Below, piece by piece: positions 56,544-64,000 of a stretch of 64,000 nt of DNA. This stretch comes from a virus: positions 8,643-72,642 of IMG/VR virus record IMGVR_UViG_3300025876_000005. One strand, 5' to 3'. Each line of letters starts with the position of its first letter. Within the stretch, counting starts at the first letter, position 1. The notes under the pieces were generated by a model. That model searched no databases, was not told where the DNA came from, and worked only from the letters and a program-made list of their open reading frames with translations. Both the position numbers and the translations under genes were made by a program.

Positions 56544-57467
56544 ATGAGCGACAATTTTGACATTTTCAATTTGGGCGTAGAAGACGTAGAAACGCATCAG
56601 CCCGCAGCAAACACTTCAGCAAATGAAGTCTACAAACCATCAGCCGACGACGGCAAAGATGGAACTTACAAAGCACTAATCCGCTTTGTTCCTAACCCAG
56701 AGAATCCACGCAACTCTCTTATTCAAAAGTACGTACACTGGTTGACTAATTCATCTGGTGAAGGTAAACTGGTAGACTCTCCAAGTTCAATTGGTGAGAA
56801 ATGCCCGATTGCAGACGTATTCTGGAAATTGCGTAAAAGCGATTCTGCAGTTGATCGTAAAGCTTCAGAAAAATTGAAGCGTCGTCAACAGTACTACGCG
56901 TTGATTAAGATCATTAAAGATCCACAAAACCCAGACTTAGACGGTACTTACAAAGTCTTTAAGTTCGGTTACAAAATCAAAGAGAAGATCGACGCTGAGT
57001 TGAAGCCAGACTTCGGTGAGCCAACACAAGTATTTGACCTATTTGAAGGTAAGAACTTTGAGTTGATTATCACTCGTCAAGGTGAATACAACAACTACGA
57101 CAAATCTAAATTCTCTTCAAGTCAGTCAGCTATTATCTTAGGCGATGCTCCGGCAGAACGTAACAAAGAGAACATGGCTACTATTAAAGAAGAGCTAGAA
57201 GACGCACCTTCGCTTGCTACGTATGACTATCAAGCGTGGGACGAAACAACTCGTGCTTTCGTAAACGACGTCCTTAGAATGTATCTAAATCCAGGTGATT
57301 CTATCTCTGAAATCTCTAGCCCAGCACCAAAGAAAAGTGCAGCTAAGGCAGAGCCTAAGAAAGAAGAACCAGTAGCAGTTGAAGCAGAAGCAGCTAGCGC
57401 AAGCAGCTCTTCTAGCGTGAACGCAGATGATGATTTAGATTCTTTCTTGAATGACCTCGACATCTAA
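56544..57467 (+). CDS. Single-stranded DNA-binding protein (T4 gp32-like)
   Basis: ALIRFVP, KCPI, Y..IKIIKDP.NP..DG...VFKFG.KI, FDLFEGKNF, NYDKSKF, acidic tail DDDLDSFLNDL. Confidence 0.9.
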   Translation: MSDNFDIFNLGVEDVETHQPAANTSANEVYKPSADDGKDGTYKALIRFVPNPENPRNSLIQKYVHWLTNSSGEGKLVDSPSSIGEKCPIADVFWKLRKSDSAVDRKASEKLKRRQQYYALIKIIKDPQNPDLDGTYKVFKFGYKIKEKIDAELKPDFGEPTQVFDLFEGKNFELIITRQGEYNNYDKSKFSSSQSAIILGDAPAERNKENMATIKEELEDAPSLATYDYQAWDETTRAFVNDVLRMYLNPGDSISEISSPAPKKSAAKAEPKKEEPVAVEAEAASASSSSSVNADDDLDSFLNDLDI

Positions 57468-58521
57468 ACTTACTGATGACTTAAAGGACAGAATAAAAAG
57501 TACTCTTAAAGAAATAGCAGTACAAGAACATTCTGCACCTAATAAGCAAATGCTAAAAGACATGCCAGGACGAATAGTCTTGGCATGTCCTTATTGTGGT
57601 GACTCGCATACTGATGACACAAAGAAACGTGGCAACTTATATTGGGACACTTTACAGTATCACTGTTATAACTGTGGACATCATACGAATATCCACACAA
57701 TGGCCAAGGACTTTCAGGTTCGGATGGGCCAGAGCCAAGACACATTTAACGTTATTGACTATATTCAGAGCAATAAGATGAAGGTGAAGCAGTCAGATGC
57801 TTTGCAACACAACATCTTAAAGAAGCTAAACGATATTGCAATTACAGTTGATGAGTTTAAGAAATTTGCACATGCGGAAGAGGTTCAACCTGGCGACTGG
57901 ATCTGGTTTAAACTAAAAGAAAGACTCTTACATAATAGAGCCGAAGAGTTTCTCTACTCACCTAAGACCTATAAGCTCTGGATCCTAAACTTTGGCGCTA
58001 ACGGTAATATCATTGGCGTACAGAGTAGAAGAATGAAAGGCTACGGTCAACGTTATTTGACCTACGATATTGGTAAGCTCTATGAAGAGATGAAGAAAGA
58101 GCATGGTCTGACTGAAGATGAACTGGCTCGAGTTAACAAGGCATCTACACTTTTCGGTATAATGCAACTTAATTTCCAAAGAGACGTTACAATGTTTGAA
58201 GGTCCTCTTGACGCCAAGTTCATGAGCAACTCACTTGCACTTGCAACTGCTGGTAGATCGACAGAAGAGTTTGATGAAATGGCAACTGTCAGATATATGT
58301 TTGACAACGATAAAACAGGTAAGAAGAAGATGATTGAGAAGCTTAAGAAGGGCAGACCAGTCTTTATGTGGCAGAAATTCTTACAAGATTTTAAGCTAGA
58401 TAAATATGATATAAAGGATCTAAATGATCTGATGTTGAAATGTTACGAGCTTAAAAACGACGCACATAAGAAGATTAACGATTATTTCACATCAAGTCAA
58501 TTAGACCTATGGTACATATAG
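57451..58521 (+). CDS. DNA primase (T4 gp61-like)
   Basis: Zn finger CPYCGDS...HCYNCG; TOPRIM FEGPLD, FDND, KDLND. Confidence 0.88.
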   Translation: MTSTSKLTDDLKDRIKSTLKEIAVQEHSAPNKQMLKDMPGRIVLACPYCGDSHTDDTKKRGNLYWDTLQYHCYNCGHHTNIHTMAKDFQVRMGQSQDTFNVIDYIQSNKMKVKQSDALQHNILKKLNDIAITVDEFKKFAHAEEVQPGDWIWFKLKERLLHNRAEEFLYSPKTYKLWILNFGANGNIIGVQSRRMKGYGQRYLTYDIGKLYEEMKKEHGLTEDELARVNKASTLFGIMQLNFQRDVTMFEGPLDAKFMSNSLALATAGRSTEEFDEMATVRYMFDNDKTGKKKMIEKLKKGRPVFMWQKFLQDFKLDKYDIKDLNDLMLKCYELKNDAHKKINDYFTSSQLDLWYI

Positions 58522-58724
58522 ATGAATTAATGATTGACAACGAATTAGACGATTTTTATAGAGACCGCGACCGATTCAAAGGTCATAAGCTCTTAATTGA
58601 CTTTGAGCAAATTGAGCTTAAGTTTACACCAAAGGATTTTAGTGCCGGCAAGCCAAAGATGAAGAAGAAACAGACGGCTGCCAAGTACATAAAACCTAGT
58701 AGAGACAAAGGTTCTCTATTTTAA
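58509..58724 (+). CDS. Small hypothetical protein
   Basis: Coupled ORF. Confidence 0.6.
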   Translation: MVHIDELMIDNELDDFYRDRDRFKGHKLLIDFEQIELKFTPKDFSAGKPKMKKKQTAAKYIKPSRDKGSLF

Positions 58725-58735
58725 AGATATATTGA

Positions 58736-59158
58736 ATGAGCAAAGAAAAGATACTAGAGCTTGACAAAAAATTAAGCACCCAACGCACCAACTGGTCTAA
58801 TAAGATTAAAGAACTTGCCAAAGGCCTAAAGAACATTAATCAACTAGAAGATGTAATATCGGAAGTGTTATCTACAAGACAGATCTTGATAGACAACATG
58901 GCCTATATTAACATGAAGGTAAAAGAGCAGAAAGCCACAATTGGCTCTAGATACAGAGAGGCATATATAAGATACTACGAATACGACTATAAACTAGGCG
59001 AGAAGCAGAAAGAACGCTTTATTGAGACTGATCTCAGAGATGAGAACATGATTCTTTCACACCTAGAAAATCAACTTGAATTTTTGAAAGAGTCGGTTAA
59101 GACTCTAGATAATATGGGCTTTGCTATTAGAAATAGGCTAGCTCTAAAAGATCTATAA
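58736..59158 (+). CDS. uvsY: UvsY-like recombination mediator
   Basis: Helical 140 aa protein with LEFLKESVKTLDNMGFAIRN C-terminus, directly upstream of UvsW. Confidence 0.6.
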   Translation: MSKEKILELDKKLSTQRTNWSNKIKELAKGLKNINQLEDVISEVLSTRQILIDNMAYINMKVKEQKATIGSRYREAYIRYYEYDYKLGEKQKERFIETDLRDENMILSHLENQLEFLKESVKTLDNMGFAIRNRLALKDL

Positions 59159-59163
59159 TAAGA

Positions 59164-60678
59164 GTGGAACTTACACTAACGGAAAATAAACAGCTATTAC
59201 GAATTGACTCGGCTACAGACATGGAGCTCGAGCAACTCAACATATCCTTAAATAAGAGGATTGAATCATGGCGTTTTAACCCGTTGGTAAAGAAAGGTCT
59301 TTGGGATGGCTACATCTCATATATTAAAGACGATACGTGGATCCCGTCAGGCCTATGGCGTGAAGTTATGTTGATTGCTAAAGATTATAACTATGATCTA
59401 AAACTGAACGGCATCACTGAACTATTTGACCGCAACATTCAACAAGAGGCTTTTGAAGAATGGGCGTTAGACTTTTTTGACGGTCACCCAGACGGTATCT
59501 CACCTAGAGACTATCAGATGGACGCAGCTTTTAACATCCTAAAATTTAGGCGCTGTTTAGCAGAGCTGGCTACATCAGCCGGTAAGACCTTAATCTCATT
59601 CTTGACTGTGGCTTATACGTTAGAGAAGCAGAAGGCCGAGAAGATACTCTTTATTGTACCTAACGTTTCGCTTGTAGTTCAAGCATCTGAAGACTTCTTA
59701 GATTATAACTGGCAAAACAGAGTTAGTATTAAAGTACAGCAGATCTACAGTGGCCAGAAGATTAGAGCTGGGCGTAATGTTGTGATCGGCACATACCAGT
59801 CGCTTGTTAAGAAGAAGGCTGAGTACTTCGATCAGTTTGATGCAGTTATCATTGACGAGACACATAAAGCTAAGTCACAGTCCATTAAAACCATTCTATC
59901 TAAGTGTAAGAATGCAGACTATAGATTCGGACTATCAGGTACGATCCCTAAACCAGGTTCATTGGACCGATTAACCTTAATGTCACATACAGGCCCTGTA
60001 ATTACAGAGGTGACTGCCAATTACCTACAGAATGAAGGTCACATTGCTAAATGTAATGTAAAGGTAATTAAGATGGACTATGCTACTGAGTCTACAAAAG
60101 AGGCTTTTAGAGAGATGGCATTCAATAAATATGAAAGCAAAGATGTCTTTAAATTTGAACAAAATTACGTTATCAATTCGCCAGGTAGGCTCAACTTTAT
60201 TTGTAACGTTATTTCCAGAATACCACGCAATTCCCTTGTACTTTTCCACCGCATTGAACATGGTCAGCGTATTTATGAGAAATTGCGCCAAGAGAGTGAC
60301 AAACGGGTCTACTATGTCGACGGCGGTACCGATAAAGATATTCGCGAAGAATACAAGAAGAAGATGGAGGCGGGTGAAGAAGTGGTGATTGTAGCCTCTT
60401 ATGGTACATTTTCGACCGGTATTTCAATTAAAAAGATCCATAACATATTCTTTACAGAGTCGTTTAAGTCTGAAGTTATCATTCGCCAGTCGATTGGTCG
60501 AGGGCTTAGACAACACTCTTCAAAAGACTCAGTTAACATTATAGATTTTGTAGATGATATTAGTCTGCCGGACTGGGATAACTACCTGATTCGACATGCT
60601 AAAGCTAGACAGAAGATCTACAAGGAACAGAAGTTCAAGTACGATATTAAAAACGTCACTTTTGAAGGTGATATATAA
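59164..60678 (+). CDS. uvsW: UvsW-like SF2 DNA helicase
   Basis: PRDYQ, ATSAGKT, TYQSL, DETH, GLSGT, FSTGISIK, QSIGRGLR, DFVDD. Confidence 0.92.
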   Translation: MELTLTENKQLLRIDSATDMELEQLNISLNKRIESWRFNPLVKKGLWDGYISYIKDDTWIPSGLWREVMLIAKDYNYDLKLNGITELFDRNIQQEAFEEWALDFFDGHPDGISPRDYQMDAAFNILKFRRCLAELATSAGKTLISFLTVAYTLEKQKAEKILFIVPNVSLVVQASEDFLDYNWQNRVSIKVQQIYSGQKIRAGRNVVIGTYQSLVKKKAEYFDQFDAVIIDETHKAKSQSIKTILSKCKNADYRFGLSGTIPKPGSLDRLTLMSHTGPVITEVTANYLQNEGHIAKCNVKVIKMDYATESTKEAFREMAFNKYESKDVFKFEQNYVINSPGRLNFICNVISRIPRNSLVLFHRIEHGQRIYEKLRQESDKRVYYVDGGTDKDIREEYKKKMEAGEEVVIVASYGTFSTGISIKKIHNIFFTESFKSEVIIRQSIGRGLRQHSSKDSVNIIDFVDDISLPDWDNYLIRHAKARQKIYKEQKFKYDIKNVTFEGDI

Positions 60679-60715
60679 TACTGTAATAACAAATTTAAAA
60701 ACAAAGAAACATATA

Positions 60716-62281
60716 ATGGAACGATTAGTAACATTTGAACAATTTGCTGAGCAAAAGGCAAAAAAAGATCAGGTTCAACTTGAGGAAGAGTTGAATGCAA
60801 AAAGGGAAGCTTCAGCAAATAGCTTTAAGGACTTATTATCTGAATTCGGTGTAACTTCAATGAGTGAATTATCTGAAGAAGATAAGCCTAAATTTAACGA
60901 GAGATTAGGTACTTTAACAGAATCTGCACTATTGCTAGAAGGCACAAGATCTCAAGTAGGGAAGATCGATAAGAAAGGTAGGATTACATCGGTCTATGTA
61001 CACTATGATGGTTATCCAGACCACATGGTACCAATGATTAAGAACTACGACAAGAAAGGTGTTGACCAACTAGTTAAACTAGGTAAGTCTGGTATCTCAT
61101 ATTTAGACAAGAATATCGGTAAAAAGCAAGACTTTAATAGTCCAGTAAGGGGAACCACTCTATTCTACGGTAGAGATCGCGGAGAGAACAAAGATATGAC
61201 TACTACATGGACCAACGCAGCTGACATTAAAGGTTACTTTAAAGAAGTTGCTAATGACGGTGGAGCTGAATACGTTTATCTATATGATGAACGAGATGGA
61301 AAGTGGTACATGGGAGATACTTATGGTAGCCCTGTATTACAAGTAGTTGAATCAGTAAACGAGGCTGTTATTGCAATCAGTGGTAAGAGAACAGCCAAGA
61401 AAGTAGCTTTAAGACTAACCAGATTATTTGATACCAAGTTAACAGCTCTTGCTGCGGATAAAGTAACAATGCTAGGCTTCTTGAAAGAGTTATATTTCTA
61501 TGCAATGGAAGACGCTAACTTTTCACGCGAGGCCAATGTGACAATGAACATGATTAAGGGTAAGATTAGCCCGCTAGAAGTTAAAGTAGAAGGCTTGGAT
61601 GGTGAAGTTATTAGAATTTCAGCTAAGACGATAAAAACTATAGCAGACAAATACTACTCAGATCTTGCAAATGCAGGTGATTGGTCAGGTATTGGTATTA
61701 CTGAAGGTTTTGCAATGTACTTAGATCAAATCGGAGAGTCTAACATGGCACAAGCACTTCTTGACTCTTTTAATGCACAGTTTGAAGGTGAAGAGAAAAG
61801 AGTTTCTAGAACTGAAAAGCTTTATGAATTATCACAGAGATTAGAATCTACCAATGAGGCTAAAGAATCAGTAAACGAAGCTAAATACGATAAGAAGAAG
61901 CTTTTAAAGTTAATCAAGAATCATGATGATGCTGAAATCCTAGTTAATGGAAAATGGTACATCATCTATAATCCAGATAACGGTAATGACGAAAACACAG
62001 ATATGTGGAATGACGATTCAGTATTTGCATTAGATCAAGATGGTGAAGAGTTTGAAATCAATTACAAAGATATTGAGCATTTTAAAGAGTCTGTTGAAGT
62101 AAACGAGACTGAAATTAAATCTGATGATGAATTCAAAGAATATGCATTCACAATACTTCAAAAAGCATTTGGAGCAGACTTTGATGAAGCAAAAGCGCAA
62201 GAAGTTGTCGATGGTATCTTAGGTAAAGTTGATGGCGATTATGGTAAGGCTGCAGGTATTTTGCAAAGCTCACTTGGCTAA
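60716..62281 (+). CDS. Multi-module protein with MERLVTFEQF leader, a GTRS..YVHYDGYP domain and ESVNE linkers
   Basis: Start re-assigned to ATG 60716 after GATATATA; 18-nt near-repeat GAATCAGTAAACGA(G/A)GCT at 61349 and 61865. Confidence 0.75.
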   Translation: MERLVTFEQFAEQKAKKDQVQLEEELNAKREASANSFKDLLSEFGVTSMSELSEEDKPKFNERLGTLTESALLLEGTRSQVGKIDKKGRITSVYVHYDGYPDHMVPMIKNYDKKGVDQLVKLGKSGISYLDKNIGKKQDFNSPVRGTTLFYGRDRGENKDMTTTWTNAADIKGYFKEVANDGGAEYVYLYDERDGKWYMGDTYGSPVLQVVESVNEAVIAISGKRTAKKVALRLTRLFDTKLTALAADKVTMLGFLKELYFYAMEDANFSREANVTMNMIKGKISPLEVKVEGLDGEVIRISAKTIKTIADKYYSDLANAGDWSGIGITEGFAMYLDQIGESNMAQALLDSFNAQFEGEEKRVSRTEKLYELSQRLESTNEAKESVNEAKYDKKKLLKLIKNHDDAEILVNGKWYIIYNPDNGNDENTDMWNDDSVFALDQDGEEFEINYKDIEHFKESVEVNETEIKSDDEFKEYAFTILQKAFGADFDEAKAQEVVDGILGKVDGDYGKAAGILQSSLG

Positions 62282-62302
62282 TCAATAAAAAGAACTACAA
62301 CA

Positions 62303-63586
62303 ATGAGAAAATTACTTTCATATCAAGAATTTTTAGTTGAGAAAGCATCTGCTCCGGTAGATGCAAATCTCATTCTAGAGGGCGGTGCAGCTGGTCATAT
62401 GTCGCATCCGTTCGACGAAAAAGAATTGACATTTGGTGACTTTAAAAAGATCGTTGAGTTTGGCTTAAGAGGCGAACTTAACTTTGAAGAAGAAGTTACC
62501 GAAAAGACCGACGGACAAAACTTATTTGCAACTGTAATGGATGGTGAGGTTAAATTTGCCAGAGGTATTAATGATATGAGGAATCCAATGGATCTAAAAA
62601 CTTTTAAACAAAAGTTTGAAGCACATAAAAGTCCACTAGTAAGAGATACTTTTCAATTCGCAGCAGAAGATTTAGCAAATTCATTAAATAAGCTACCAGC
62701 AAAAGACTTAGAGGTTTTTAATAATGGTAAGAGTTTTATGAATATGGAGCTAATCTACTCGAAGAACCCAAATGTAATTTATTACGACAGGGATGTTATT
62801 CAATTCCATGGTATTAAACATACTGATGGTGATGGTAATGAAATAGGAGATGAAACAAAATACGCAGCATCAATTGCAAAGGTTCTTAAAGACCTTAAAC
62901 TTGATATGGGTAAAACATTTTCAATTATCCCACCACAAATCATTAAAATGGGTAAGGATATTGACTTCGATGCAAACAAAGCTAAATTCCTTAAACAAAT
63001 TGAAGATCTACGTAAACAGTACAACTTAACAGATGCTGATGAAGTTTCTATGTATCATGAAATGTGGTGGAGAGAAACTATCGATAAGAACTTTCCGGAT
63101 CTAACACAAGATCACAAAGAAGGACTTTTATTAAGATGGGCGTATGATGATAAGAAGACTCTTAATATAAGAAGTCTTGATAAAGAGTTAGGTAAAGATA
63201 AAGCTGCTCTAATTAAAAAGTTTGACAAAGAAGATGTAAAGAAAAAACAAAAAGAGAACATGAGACCTTTTGAAGATTTATTTCTTGAACTAGGTAGTGT
63301 TATCTTAAAGAACGCATCTAACTTTGTGGCTGCTAATCCAGCTGCAGAAATGCAGAGACTACAAAAGCAATTAAAAGATGAAGCGGAAGCAGTTAGAAAA
63401 AGCGGTGATGTTTCGGACATTGAAAAAGTTGCTAAAGAACTTGAAAGACTTGAAAGAATCGGAGGTATCGAATCAATTATACCAACAGAGGGTATTGTCT
63501 TTAGATACAAAGGCAAGACTATGAAGCTAACAGGAACATTCGCTGCAGTTAACCAGCTTATGGGTTTTATAAAATACGGTAGATAA
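62303..63586 (+). CDS. Ligase-fold nucleotidyltransferase-like protein (GGAAGHMSHP family)
   Basis: EKTDG (motif I KxDG), NMEL, EGIVF (IV), KLTG (V); leader MRKLLSYQEFLVE. Confidence 0.6.
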   Translation: MRKLLSYQEFLVEKASAPVDANLILEGGAAGHMSHPFDEKELTFGDFKKIVEFGLRGELNFEEEVTEKTDGQNLFATVMDGEVKFARGINDMRNPMDLKTFKQKFEAHKSPLVRDTFQFAAEDLANSLNKLPAKDLEVFNNGKSFMNMELIYSKNPNVIYYDRDVIQFHGIKHTDGDGNEIGDETKYAASIAKVLKDLKLDMGKTFSIIPPQIIKMGKDIDFDANKAKFLKQIEDLRKQYNLTDADEVSMYHEMWWRETIDKNFPDLTQDHKEGLLLRWAYDDKKTLNIRSLDKELGKDKAALIKKFDKEDVKKKQKENMRPFEDLFLELGSVILKNASNFVAANPAAEMQRLQKQLKDEAEAVRKSGDVSDIEKVAKELERLERIGGIESIIPTEGIVFRYKGKTMKLTGTFAAVNQLMGFIKYGR

Positions 63587-63596
63587 AACATAACAC

Positions 63597-64000
63597 ATGG
63601 CATTACAAAACCTTAAGACATATTTTGAGTCGACTAACAGAAACGACTTCATGCAACTTCTAGAAAACACATGCGTTGTTTCTGAGAAGATTCAAGCATC
63701 CTCATTCCACGTTAGAAAAACTAACAGCGGTTTTGAGTATTATAAGAGCGGTTCTAAGGACGCAATGAACAAAGTTGATAGAACTATTGTAAAGTACTAT
63801 GAAAATGCCATCAAGTACTTTAAATCAATTTCTGGTGACATTGCTGAACAGATGCCAACTGACTGGAAGTTTGGCTTTGATTATATGGTTGATAAGAAGA
63901 CTGTAGACATTGAATACGACAAGCTACCAAAGAACCACCTGATCTTAACGCATATTCAGGTGATGAGTCCTAGCAATCCTACTGAAATCAAGAAGGTGGT
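63597..64000 (+). CDS. Partial ORF, possibly a degenerate ligase-fold protein (VVSEKIQASSF)
   Basis: ATG 63597, open to the window end: MALQNLKTYFESTNRNDFMQLLENTCVVSEKIQASSF... Confidence 0.6.
   Translation, partial: MALQNLKTYFESTNRNDFMQLLENTCVVSEKIQASSFHVRKTNSGFEYYKSGSKDAMNKVDRTIVKYYENAIKYFKSISGDIAEQMPTDWKFGFDYMVDKKTVDIEYDKLPKNHLILTHIQVMSPSNPTEIKKV

Noticed and set aside
57451-60678. Introns or inteins in the primase or helicase genes
   Set aside because: Sizes and motif spacing are normal, with no intein C1/HN or homing-endonuclease motifs.
315-63603. Numerous minus-strand ORFs and short alternative-frame ORFs in the ORF track
   Set aside because: They lie inside well-supported + strand genes, have shadow-ORF composition, and show no motifs or start context.
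1-64000. Stop-codon reassignment (TAG/TGA recoding seen in some large phages)
   Set aside because: Long genes are uninterrupted under code 11, and TAG/TGA occur at plausible gene ends (e.g. 2995, 13060, 51657).

Overview
A 64 kb segment of a large, AT-rich, T4-like (contractile-tailed) jumbo phage genome. Essentially all real genes are on the + strand and the standard genetic code fits. The lack of Shine-Dalgarno sites, the A-rich translation starts and a TAnnTTTG-type promoter suggest a Bacteroidota (e.g. Flavobacteriia) host; this is inference. Positions 1-19 kb form an accessory region: a CCA-adding enzyme, a CatB-like acetyltransferase, an Rnl1 RNA ligase, MarC, a DUF2828/TROVE-like vWA protein followed by two tandem structured non-coding elements, UvsE, HExxH and GNAT proteins, dCMP deaminase and a DinG-like helicase. 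Positions 19-55 kb are a virion module (gp53/LysM-, gp5-, gp13-, gp25- and gp6-like proteins, large baseplate proteins, a collagen fibre, a spanin-like protein) that also contains an S1 ribosomal-protein homologue and an amidoligase. Positions 55-64 kb hold replication/recombination genes (RuvC-like, gp32, primase, UvsY, UvsW) and ligase-fold proteins. Three observations stand out. (1) A Ro60-like protein is followed by two tandem Y-RNA-like elements that share a terminal stem, an ACAGCAAAC motif and a CCUGUUA tail, near RNA repair enzymes. (2) A family of about 10 proteins carries an MK-x-x-x-(F/Y)-E-x-F leader and (L/I/V)-N-E / ESVNE linkers, resembling protease-processed, capsid-packaged modular polyproteins. 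(3) Three distinct promoter classes are readable directly from the sequence. All functional calls come from motif recognition by eye; no database search was run.
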